Shown: positions 56,217 to 64,000 of the stretch, in pieces
Layout: each line of letters opens with the position of its first letter
Numbering within the stretch: position 1 is the first letter of the stretch
Source: Candidatus Omnitrophota bacterium
GTDB lineage: Bacteria > Omnitrophota > Gorgyraeia > Zapsychrales > JANLHA01
Assembly (NCBI GenBank): GCA_029560465.1
Contig: JAKQKX010000045.1
Location: 152,260 to 216,259, forward strand
DNA: 64,000 nucleotides
Direction of reading: 5' to 3'
Notes under the pieces: generated by a model
Database searches by the model: none
Told to the model about the DNA's origin: nothing
The model's input: the letters and a program-made list of their open reading frames with translations, nothing else
Program-made: the position numbers and the translations under genes

Positions 56217-57329
56217 ATGCAAATCCTGGACCGCTATATCATTAAATCCGTTATCTTCACCTTTATCGTGACGTTCTTCACGTTCGGGCTGCTCTTTGTG
56301 CTGGTGGATTCCGCCAGCAACCTTGATGAATTCATCGGGCAAAAAGTGTCTGTCCAGGTTCTGTTCCAGTATTATCTGGCTTATCTTCCGGTCGTGCTGG
56401 TTCAAACAACACCCATGGCCCTGTTGATATCGGTGCTGCTGACGTATTCGACCCTGAACGCCCATAACGAAGTGGTTGTGCTGCGGGCCAGTGGGATGAA
56501 TTTCTGGCGGATCACCCGCCCGGCCCTGGGTTTTGTCGCCGTCATGGCCGCCCTGACGTTCTTCATCAACGAGCGGTACATCCCACAGGCGGAGGAAAAA
56601 ACCAAAAAAATCAAGAACGAGAACCTGATCCTGGAAGTGGACCGCAAGAAAAAAAAGCTGGCGGCGATCAAGAACCTCACGTTTTACGGCCTCAAAAACC
56701 GGCTTTATTTTATCGACACGTTTGACCCTAACCCTGACTCATATAATCTGGAAGGGCTGACAGTCATCGAATATGACCAACAGCAAAATATCAAGGAAAA
56801 GCTGGTAGGCTTAAAGGGGACATGGACCGGGATCGCCTGGAAATGCTTCCAATGTCACGTGACGATTTTTCCAACCGACCCGCAAAGCACGATCAAGGTC
56901 AAAGTGTATGAGGAAAAACTGCTCGACATCAAAGAAACCCCGGAAGATTTCCTCAACCAACGGCTCACCGTGACCGCCATGAATATCGGGCAATTGACGG
57001 ACTACGTCGGCCGCTTTGCCAACAGCGGCGCGAAACGGGCGCTCAATAACCTGAAAGTGGACCTCTACCAAAAATATTCCTTTCCCCTGACCAACATCAT
57101 CATCGTTCTGGTCGGCCTCCCCCTCACGCTCAGCACCGGACGGCGCCGCGCCCAAACATTCTCATCGCTCGGGATAGCCATCGGGATTGGATTTCTTTAT
57201 TACGTGACAAACGCGGTGGGCCTGGCTTTAGGGAAAGGGGGAATCTTCCCTCCCGCAATCGCGGCCTGGATGGCCCCGGTGATCTTCACCGGCACCGCCC
57301 TTTACCTCATCAAATACAAATTCCGGTGA
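56217..57329 (+). CDS. lptG: LPS export ABC permease LptG/LptF (YjgP/YjgQ family). The start was moved to MQILDRY at 56217.
   Basis: The N-terminal MQILDRYIIK is typical of LptF/G. The start follows the lptF stop by 2 nt. Confidence 0.75.
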   Translation: MQILDRYIIKSVIFTFIVTFFTFGLLFVLVDSASNLDEFIGQKVSVQVLFQYYLAYLPVVLVQTTPMALLISVLLTYSTLNAHNEVVVLRASGMNFWRITRPALGFVAVMAALTFFINERYIPQAEEKTKKIKNENLILEVDRKKKKLAAIKNLTFYGLKNRLYFIDTFDPNPDSYNLEGLTVIEYDQQQNIKEKLVGLKGTWTGIAWKCFQCHVTIFPTDPQSTIKVKVYEEKLLDIKETPEDFLNQRLTVTAMNIGQLTDYVGRFANSGAKRALNNLKVDLYQKYSFPLTNIIIVLVGLPLTLSTGRRRAQTFSSLGIAIGIGFLYYVTNAVGLALGKGGIFPPAIAAWMAPVIFTGTALYLIKYKFR

Positions 57330-57372
57330 ACATTTCTGCAAACAATCTGGTGGGCACTAATTTAACCTAGCT

Positions 57373-58818
57373 TTACTGTACCTGGACTTTCAACTGTTCC
57401 AAAAAATCCTCAAATTTTTTCCACCAACCCATATCACCGCTTAAATCAAGCATTCTCACAAGCTCTTTATCCTGAAAGATATTCTCACCAATACTTCGTA
57501 ATTCAGGTACTACTTTTTTTATATTTTCTTTAGAAACTTCGTTAGGGATCTTAAATTTACACGGGTCGGGCTCCCATCGCCTTATAATACGCACTGTAAG
57601 GCATAAAAGATATTTCATCTCGTTTTTTTCTTTGTCAAAATATGTGATAAAATCATCGTTAAAGATTCTATGCTCTATGCCAAAAATAAAGCCAAAAAAT
57701 ATAGCGAGAAAATCAAAATTATCTGGGATTATGGGATTTTTAACCGCCTGGCCACTGCTATATCGCAACTCGTCATAATTAAATATACACTCGACAAAAT
57801 CATACTTTTTATTTCTTAAGGCATAGGCCCCAACTGAAAAAATAATTCTTAACAAAGAATTATATCTGTATATTTTAGCAAACTGGGCAGATTCTTTCTT
57901 TATATCCTCTTCAAACTCATTGTCTGCCGGAGCTACATTTCGAATAACAGTAACAATCTTTTGAAAATCGTCATTCCATTGCGCTGACTGTCTTTGCCTA
58001 CACAAATATTTAATATTGTCTTTTAATTTATAATAACTTGCTGAAAACGGCCCCTGTTCTGCCCCTGCCAAAAGTTCCCGATAATCGCTCAGTTCTTTAC
58101 CATAACCAGGATCCTTCTCCTGCCCCAATGTTTCATCAACCGCTATATGTTGAATACATCTTTTAAATTGCTCAATTCGATTTTTATCAACAAGCTGAAT
58201 AAGTGCCACCCCAAAATACCTATTGAATATCGGCAAAAGCTCGAGATTAAACTTCCATTCGGCCTCCTTTCCGTTCTTAACAGATAAAAAAACAGGTTCT
58301 AAATACCAGTCAGTAAGAAGATCATCTGACACAAGAGCACGCATTTTTTCATTCTCGTTAATTCTTATTATCTTTTCTAGCACAAAATTTACAAAAGCTT
58401 CTCTCCGGATTAATTCATCTCTGAGAGTGTACTTAATAATTTCCAACAAAAAGTCACCCCACACCCCCATAATTTCATCACAGATAAATAAATAACCACT
58501 TTCAACCGCAGCCCTACAAATTCTATCTAGTTGTTCAACAGGAACCGCAAATCCATCCAGATATTCTTCTGATCTATGGATTAAACGAAAACCGCGTAGG
58601 GGATCCTTGGCAAGTGTAGCAAATTGAGAAGATGTAACGATATCCTTAAATCTTGCAAAATCTTTCTCATAATATTCAAACATCTTTAAAATTATTTTCT
58701 TGAATTCGCTTAAGTGCCGGGATATAAACTGCCTGTTCCCTTTCTTGGCTTCATAACAAAGGATATTTCCTATCCCTTGAATAGATTGTAAATACCGTTC
58801 TTTTGTTATAGATTTCAT
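57373..58818 (-). CDS. Hypothetical 481-aa protein in an AT-rich (~35 % GC) inserted cassette
   Basis: Long ORF with very different base composition from its flanks. No recognisable catalytic motif. The gap to the upstream 4-TM gene is 2 nt (58819-58820). Confidence 0.6.
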   Translation of the reverse strand: MKSITKERYLQSIQGIGNILCYEAKKGNRQFISRHLSEFKKIILKMFEYYEKDFARFKDIVTSSQFATLAKDPLRGFRLIHRSEEYLDGFAVPVEQLDRICRAAVESGYLFICDEIMGVWGDFLLEIIKYTLRDELIRREAFVNFVLEKIIRINENEKMRALVSDDLLTDWYLEPVFLSVKNGKEAEWKFNLELLPIFNRYFGVALIQLVDKNRIEQFKRCIQHIAVDETLGQEKDPGYGKELSDYRELLAGAEQGPFSASYYKLKDNIKYLCRQRQSAQWNDDFQKIVTVIRNVAPADNEFEEDIKKESAQFAKIYRYNSLLRIIFSVGAYALRNKKYDFVECIFNYDELRYSSGQAVKNPIIPDNFDFLAIFFGFIFGIEHRIFNDDFITYFDKEKNEMKYLLCLTVRIIRRWEPDPCKFKIPNEVSKENIKKVVPELRSIGENIFQDKELVRMLDLSGDMGWWKKFEDFLEQLKVQVQ

Positions 58819-58820
58819 GT

Positions 58821-59312
58821 TTATTTCAAAAATTCATCCAAATCTTTCAACAAATCTTTTATCAGCACTTCTCTGGACACCACATATTTTCTGGCCGTCA
58901 TTAAGAACTGAATGAAAAGCAAAATTACAAAAATAAACGAAAGGAAATCACTCCACAACAAAAGTGTTTGTGTAATATTCAAAGCATCTTCATTTTTTAT
59001 AAAAAAAAGCAGAAGGCAGGAAAAAACAATATGACCTAAAGCTACTGGCGGTAATAACTTAATAAATACTTCTTCACTAAAGCGTTCACCTATTACGTTA
59101 GATTCATATCTATCAGAAATCCTGCTAACGATATCAAGTGTCACCGGATATGCAATGCCCATAATCGCGGCTTCAAAGGCTATAACTGACTGTAAAAAAC
59201 TACTGTTGGGCATAAACCGGCCTAAGTAACAACCAATAGCGAACCCCAGTAAAGACCCGAAAACTATTTCATAATCATCGGGAATAGGACATTTTTTTGA
59301 CATGGGATTCAA
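58821..59312 (-). CDS. Hypothetical 4-TM membrane protein (163 aa), first gene of the AT-rich cassette
   Basis: Four predicted TM helices. AT-rich. It is followed 2 nt later by the start of the 481-aa gene. Confidence 0.55.
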   Translation of the reverse strand: MNPMSKKCPIPDDYEIVFGSLLGFAIGCYLGRFMPNSSFLQSVIAFEAAIMGIAYPVTLDIVSRISDRYESNVIGERFSEEVFIKLLPPVALGHIVFSCLLLFFIKNEDALNITQTLLLWSDFLSFIFVILLFIQFLMTARKYVVSREVLIKDLLKDLDEFLK

Positions 59313-59403
59313 TAATAATTTAATAAGATCACTCGACCGAACTATTAGAAATTAATCTGTATTTTACTCCTTATTATCTTCCAGCTCTATGACAATATCA
59401 CAT

Positions 59404-60585
59404 TTAGCTTTTATACACCCTGGGGAGGCGGCTGCCCAGGCTACAGAGGATTTCGTAATTGATCGTTCCCGCGTACCCGGCCAGCTCATCGGCTGCAATC
59501 TCCTCCTGCTTCTGTTTGCCAAGGATCACCGCCGTCTGCCCGATCTTCACTCCCGGGACGCGGGACACATCCACGACAATCTGATCCATGGTGACCCGCC
59601 CCAGGAGGGGGCAGCGCTGCCCGTTAACAAGGACCGAAGACTTGTTGGACAAACTGCGGAAATAACCGTCGCTGTACCCGATCGGCAGGACCGCGGCCAC
59701 CAGGTCACACGGCGCGACAAACGTGTGCCCGTAACTGATGCCCTGGCCTTTCAAAACCGTCTTGATAAAGATAATCCGCGTTTTCACGCTCATTGCCGGC
59801 TGGAGCTTAACTTTCTGCGCCAGGCGTATATCGGGGTAAAGCCCGTACAGCATGATCCCGGGGCGGACCAGGTTAAAGATCACCGCTTGGTAATCGATCA
59901 GCCCGGCGCTGTTAGCCGCGTGGACATACGGGACCACCAGTCCCTGCCGGTCAAGGGTCTTGACCAATTCATGCATCTGCGTAACTTGCGTGACCGTATA
60001 GTCCGGATTGCTGTCCGCCAGGGGGAAATGGGTGTAAAGCCCTTTGACGGAAAGGTTCTTAAGACGCATCACGTCCTTAATAAAGCCTTCCGCGCCCCGA
60101 TGCCAAACCCCGAGCCGCCCCATGCCGGTATCAACTTTGATATGAACATCAACCGGCCGGCCGATCTTCTTGGCGTAAGTGTTTAAAGACGACGCCAAGG
60201 ACAGCGTGCAAACCGTCGGGATCAGGTTATAATCCACAATATCCTTAACTTGCGAGGGGAGCGAAGTTTCTAAAAGCAGAATTTTCTTCTTGATGCCGTT
60301 TTTCCTTAAAAGGATGCCTTCCGGGATATCGGACACCCCGAAAAATTCCACGCTCATCCGGTTGAGCATTTGTGCCACCTGAATCATGCCGTGGCCGTAG
60401 GCGTCCGCCTTGATCACGGTCAGGACTTCCGGAAACCGCGCGGCCTTCCTCCCTTTGGCGGGATACGGGAGCAGCTCGACTTGCCGCTCCTGGACCATCT
60501 TCCTGATCTGCTGATAATTATTCCGGATGGCTTTCAAGTCCACCTCCACCCAGGACAAATAATGATGCGCTTGACGCAAGCTCAT
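59404..60585 (-). CDS. alr: Alanine racemase
   Basis: PLP-lysine motif VIKADAYGHG and full-length Alr architecture. Confidence 0.9.
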   Translation of the reverse strand: MSLRQAHHYLSWVEVDLKAIRNNYQQIRKMVQERQVELLPYPAKGRKAARFPEVLTVIKADAYGHGMIQVAQMLNRMSVEFFGVSDIPEGILLRKNGIKKKILLLETSLPSQVKDIVDYNLIPTVCTLSLASSLNTYAKKIGRPVDVHIKVDTGMGRLGVWHRGAEGFIKDVMRLKNLSVKGLYTHFPLADSNPDYTVTQVTQMHELVKTLDRQGLVVPYVHAANSAGLIDYQAVIFNLVRPGIMLYGLYPDIRLAQKVKLQPAMSVKTRIIFIKTVLKGQGISYGHTFVAPCDLVAAVLPIGYSDGYFRSLSNKSSVLVNGQRCPLLGRVTMDQIVVDVSRVPGVKIGQTAVILGKQKQEEIAADELAGYAGTINYEILCSLGSRLPRVYKS

Positions 60586-60588
60586 GGG

Positions 60589-61302
60589 TTACCTCCTCAC
60601 TTGACAATGTTCCGGATATAAATATAAAGGGACAAGGGTGTCTGGGGCATCCGTCTGTTTCCTGGCGATGCGGTCCAATACCAGCGGCAGCATCCTGTTG
60701 GCCCTGGGAAACCACATCCGCTCCTGAGCCCAATGACAGCGAAGGACAGACAAAGAACTCCGGCCCCGGCTCGCATACTCTTCAATGCGGTCTCTATAGA
60801 GCGGCACGGCGTCTCCAAGGAAAATGGTTTCTCCTTTAAGGCGGGGGAGAAAATCATCCAGGCCCGTTAACAGGTACGGGCAAGCCCGTTTCAACCCCCG
60901 CGGGGTCGCCCGGTAAAGGCACGCATAAACCAAATCCCGGCGGGCATCAACCAGCGTCGCGACATAAGGAACGGCCGTGTTTAAAACATTCTGCGCCAGG
61001 GTATCGAGGCTGGGAATCCCGACCACGGGTTTGCCGGACGCCAGGCAAAACGCTTTAACCGTGGCCAAGCCCACCCGCAGGCTGGTGAACGACCCCGGCC
61101 CGGTCCCAATCCCGAAGCCGCTGACATCCCCCAGAGAAATACCGGCCTGTTTAAGCAGACGCTCTATACAGGGGATGATCGAGGATGATAACACCTTATC
61201 CAGCTTAATATTCCTGAACCGTGCCACCGCTCCGCCCCGGCTGACGGCCAGGCTGAAGTTCTTGGTCGACGTATCCATGAGAAGGTAACATTTAGGTTTC
61301 AT
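60589..61302 (-). CDS. tsaB: tRNA threonylcarbamoyladenosine biosynthesis protein TsaB (YeaZ)
   Basis: YeaZ pattern LLMDTST..FSLAV...IGTGPGSFTSLRVG. It is adjacent to tsaE. Confidence 0.8.
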   Translation of the reverse strand: MKPKCYLLMDTSTKNFSLAVSRGGAVARFRNIKLDKVLSSSIIPCIERLLKQAGISLGDVSGFGIGTGPGSFTSLRVGLATVKAFCLASGKPVVGIPSLDTLAQNVLNTAVPYVATLVDARRDLVYACLYRATPRGLKRACPYLLTGLDDFLPRLKGETIFLGDAVPLYRDRIEEYASRGRSSLSVLRCHWAQERMWFPRANRMLPLVLDRIARKQTDAPDTLVPLYLYPEHCQVRR

Positions 61303-61772
61303 GGTGAAAATGCTTTCAATTCCTTAAGCATCCGGGAATAGCGCTCATCCTCCGCCGAAAGCGTTATACGCCGCCGGGTTTCATCGATAAAAACAAATTC
61401 GGTCCTCAAATAGACCTTCGGGATGAGCGGGCCAAACCGCTCCGACCACTCTATAAACGAAACGCCTTCCCCGTAAAGGAAATCGTCATAGCCGATGGCC
61501 GCGATATCGTCCGGTTTCTCCAGGCGGTAAAAATCATAATGATACAGCACAAGCCGCCCGTGATAAATGTTGAGCAAAACAAACGTGGGGCTGTGAATGT
61601 CCCCGGGATCAATGCCCAGCCCTTGAGCCACGCCCCTGACAAAGGTGGTCTTGCCGCTTCCCAGGTCTCCGAACATGCAGATGATGTCCCCCGGGAGAAG
61701 CCGCCGGCCGAGCCTTTGCCCTAAGGCCAAGGTCTCCGCCGCCGATCGCGTTGTCAGTGTGAATGACGCCAT
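61299..61772 (-). CDS. tsaE: tRNA threonylcarbamoyladenosine biosynthesis ATPase TsaE (YjeE)
   Basis: Walker A GDLGSGKTTFVRG, with YjeE length and pattern. Confidence 0.85.
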   Translation of the reverse strand: MASFTLTTRSAAETLALGQRLGRRLLPGDIICMFGDLGSGKTTFVRGVAQGLGIDPGDIHSPTFVLLNIYHGRLVLYHYDFYRLEKPDDIAAIGYDDFLYGEGVSFIEWSERFGPLIPKVYLRTEFVFIDETRRRITLSAEDERYSRMLKELKAFSP

Positions 61773-61775
61773 ACG

Positions 61776-62690
61776 TTAAAAATGAGCAAATCCTTTCCGG
61801 GCGATTTCTCGCACGCAGCCCTGCCTGTCCTTTAAATACACCGCCGGGCTTCCGGGCTGAATCTCTCCTATCCGGATATACCTCCTCCGGGCACTGGGAT
61901 CAAGTTTGCGCAGCTTAACCGCTTTCCGTTTTGGTAAAGAGAACAACAACTCATAATCTTCACCGTCATAAAGCGCTTCCTTTAAAGTAGCCCCTCGCGC
62001 GAGCGGGATTTGGCTCTCCACCAAACAGGCGCGGCAGCCGCTCTCTTCAAGGATATGCCCCAGGTCCGCGGCCAGGCCATCGGAGATGTCAATCATCGCC
62101 GACGGCTTCAGGCCGTTTAAGATTAAAAACCTCGCCTCCTCCACCCGGGGCTTAAACCGCAAATCCTTGCCGCTCTTCCACGCCCGTCCCAAAGGGCCGG
62201 TCACAAAAATCTCATCCCCGGAGGCCGCGCCGCGCCGTAACACCACGTCTTTCAGGCGGGCTTCCCCGGTGAGCGCCACATTAATGGCCAGGCAGCGGCT
62301 TTTGACGGTATCCCCTCCGACGATATTGACTCTGAATTCCCTGGCGCAACCGGTCAGCCCCTTATAGAGCTTTACCAGGGCACTCACTCCCGTCCGGGGA
62401 GGGATGGCGACGGAAACGAGCGCGTGGCGGGGCACCCCGCCCATAGCCGCGATATCGCTGACATTCCGCGCCAGGGCTTTCCGTCCGATCAACTCCGGGG
62501 AGGTCCCGGGTTTAAAATGAACGCCTTCCACCAGCATGTCTGCGGTCATCAATATCTGTTTGCCACGGGTAGGAGCCTTGACCACGGCGGTGTCGTCTCC
62601 GGCGGGAACCAAGACGCAAGCGTCCGCCGGCAGCATGCGTTTGATCCGTTCAATAAATCCGAATTCACCGATTTCTGATAAGGTTTTCAT
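61776..62690 (-). CDS. thiL: Thiamine-monophosphate kinase
   Basis: N-terminal GEFGFIERI and AGDDTAV, and an AIR-synthase-related fold pattern. Confidence 0.85.
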   Translation of the reverse strand: MKTLSEIGEFGFIERIKRMLPADACVLVPAGDDTAVVKAPTRGKQILMTADMLVEGVHFKPGTSPELIGRKALARNVSDIAAMGGVPRHALVSVAIPPRTGVSALVKLYKGLTGCAREFRVNIVGGDTVKSRCLAINVALTGEARLKDVVLRRGAASGDEIFVTGPLGRAWKSGKDLRFKPRVEEARFLILNGLKPSAMIDISDGLAADLGHILEESGCRACLVESQIPLARGATLKEALYDGEDYELLFSLPKRKAVKLRKLDPSARRRYIRIGEIQPGSPAVYLKDRQGCVREIARKGFAHF

Positions 62691-62719
62691 GAGGAAGGAG
62701 ACTCCCCGTTCATATCCGG

Positions 62720-63787
62720 CTAAGGATATGCCCGGCAGCTTTTCGGCTTCTTTCCAAAAACCCGGGAAATGTTGCGTGTAAAAGGCGGCTTGATAATGCC
62801 GTGTTCCGTGATAATGACGGTGATCAAACGGTTCCCGGTGACGTCAAAAGCCGGGTTAAAAACCTTGACTGTCCTGGGCGCCGCGACCTGCCCATTGAAT
62901 CCGCGGACTTCGGAGGCGTCCCGCTCTTCGATCGGAATCTGCGCGCCGCTCTGAAGAGAAAGATCAAACGTTGACCGCGGCGCCACCACATAAAACGGAA
63001 TTTTATGGTGACGCGCCAGGACCGCCAGGCTGTAAGTCCCGATCTTATTCGCCGCATCCCCGTTGGCCGCGATCCGGTCCGCGCCGGTAAAAACCGCCGC
63101 GATACGCTTGTCCCTCATCACCGTCGCCGCCATACTGTCGCAGATGAGCGTGATGTCAATCCGGGCCTTCATAAGCTCCCAGGCGGTCAACCGGGCGCCC
63201 TGCAAAAGCGGCCTGGTCTCGCACGCGTAGACGGAAAAAATTTTCCCTTGTTCCTGGGCCGCGTAAAAAACGCCCAGTGCGGTCCCATAATCCACTGTAG
63301 CCAAAGCTCCGGCATTACAGATGGTCATGACCTTCTCGCCGTCATGGATCAAGGAGGCCCCCCAGCGGCCCATCGACCGGCAGACTTGCCGGTCTTCTTC
63401 ATAAATCAAAAACGCTTCCTCCTTCAGCAGCCGTTTCCACTGCGCGACGCTCGCGCCCGGATTCCGCTCCAAAACCGCCTTCATGCGGTCTAGGGCGTTG
63501 AACAAATTGACGGCTGTCGGCCTCGACGAGCCGATATAGTCACAAACCTGGCGCACCTGCCGGGCGAACTTATCTTGACTAGCCCCCGGAAAATCTTTCA
63601 CCCCCAGCATGACCCCGAACCCGGCCGCCACGCCCAGCGCCGGAGCGCCCCGCACGCTTAAGCGCCGGATGGCGTCCCATAATGTTTTAAGGTCATGGCA
63701 GTCAATATATACGATATCATGCGGAAGCCGCGTCTGGTCAATCAGCTTAATATGGTCTTTCACCCATTGGATGGTCGTGACGGCCAT
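62720..63787 (-). CDS. mtnA: S-methyl-5-thioribose-1-phosphate isomerase (eIF-2B alpha/beta/delta-like family)
   Basis: TRLP...VRGAPALGVAAGFG, C-terminal GADRIAANGD and the active-site C..T pattern of the MtnA/eIF2B family. Confidence 0.8.
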   Translation of the reverse strand: MAVTTIQWVKDHIKLIDQTRLPHDIVYIDCHDLKTLWDAIRRLSVRGAPALGVAAGFGVMLGVKDFPGASQDKFARQVRQVCDYIGSSRPTAVNLFNALDRMKAVLERNPGASVAQWKRLLKEEAFLIYEEDRQVCRSMGRWGASLIHDGEKVMTICNAGALATVDYGTALGVFYAAQEQGKIFSVYACETRPLLQGARLTAWELMKARIDITLICDSMAATVMRDKRIAAVFTGADRIAANGDAANKIGTYSLAVLARHHKIPFYVVAPRSTFDLSLQSGAQIPIEERDASEVRGFNGQVAAPRTVKVFNPAFDVTGNRLITVIITEHGIIKPPFTRNISRVFGKKPKSCRAYP

Positions 63788-63818
63788 GATGATTCCTATC
63801 TCTTATATTAAGCATCAA

Positions 63819-63920
63819 CCGGGCGGGTTAGGACGGATGACGTGAATTAGCATCCCGTTCCTTCATTTGTGGTGTCGGGAACGGGATGCGCTTGAACGGA
63901 ATCCGTCCTAATCCGCCCGG
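63819..63920. repeat. ~100-bp nested perfect palindrome (outer 20-bp and inner 12-bp inverted repeats) flanked by imperfect direct repeats; MITE- or REP-like, or a structured RNA
   Basis: Outer IR CCGGGCGGGTTAGGACGGAT (63819-63838) and ATCCGTCCTAATCCGCCCGG (63901-63920). Inner IR GCATCCCGTTCC (63850-63861) and GGAACGGGATGC (63878-63889). Flanks are ATGATTCCTATCTCT (63788-63802) and ATGATTCTATCTCT (63926-63939). Confidence 0.5.
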
Positions 63921-64000
63921 TCATTATGATTCTATCTCTATCCTGGGAAACAAAGCGTCATGCGCCTTCAGCTCGGTGCCGGGCTTCAAGCCCCCCCACA

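Noticed and set aside
59389-60186. 265-aa plus-strand ORF
   Set aside because: Antisense to alr (alanine racemase), which has its PLP-lysine motif intact.
1-64000. CRISPR arrays, rRNA genes and intact transposases or integrases
   Set aside because: No regularly spaced direct repeats, no rRNA-like segments and no intact mobile-element gene were found on reading through. Only IS3 fragments and att scars are present.

Overview
This is a 64 kb window from a GC-rich (~55-60 %) bacterium, probably a diderm anaerobe. Nearly all genes are on the minus strand. Content in order along the window: (1) 1-7.7 kb: a [FeFe]-hydrogenase locus in the order rex - sensor histidine kinase - receiver::NuoE-like HydC fusion - NuoF-like HydB - HydA - stand-alone receiver - hydF (partial). 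The HydABC set is of the electron-bifurcating type. A candidate Rex operator and a strong terminator sit upstream. (2) 7.8-21 kb: a PAS-LuxR regulator, a hypothetical membrane protein, and a cluster of four polytopic membrane proteins, at least one a clear ArnT/PMT-type GT-C glycosyltransferase, next to a 1021-aa multi-pass TPR protein; an SRPBCC protein lies between two of them. (3) 21-24.6 kb: secreted or hypothetical proteins. (4) 24.9-31.0 kb: an accessory region downstream of ssrA (tmRNA). It is bounded by three tandem copies of the ssrA 3' end (exact 17 bp at 29609, degenerate copy at 24873). It carries AT-rich cargo ORFs, a DUF3795 protein, a TPR/SH3b lipoprotein and degraded IS3-family transposase fragments; no integrase is present. 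(5) 31-37 kb: smpB, an AEC transporter, lpdA, tRNA-Leu(CAG) with a duplicated 5' end, and an MBOAT plus partner pair. (6) 37.4-43.6 kb: a 2058-aa protein with a signal or anchor N-terminus, an HxGH/ISSxxIR nucleotidyltransferase-like core and two tandem receiver domains. (7) 43.8-57.3 kb: housekeeping and envelope genes (DUF192, M48 peptidase, maf, pyrE, OMP/LolA-like/RND trio, DUF134, TonB receptor, comF, lptF, lptG). (8) 57.4-59.3 kb: an AT-rich two-gene insertion (4-TM protein plus 481-aa protein) between convergent lptG and alr. (9) 59.4-63.8 kb: alr, tsaB, tsaE, thiL, mtnA, followed by a ~100-bp nested perfect palindrome with flanking direct repeats (MITE-like). No CRISPR array or rRNA was seen. 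The most unusual system is the hydrogenase locus, where a two-component kinase and receiver domains are wired into the enzyme subunits themselves rather than to a DNA-binding regulator.
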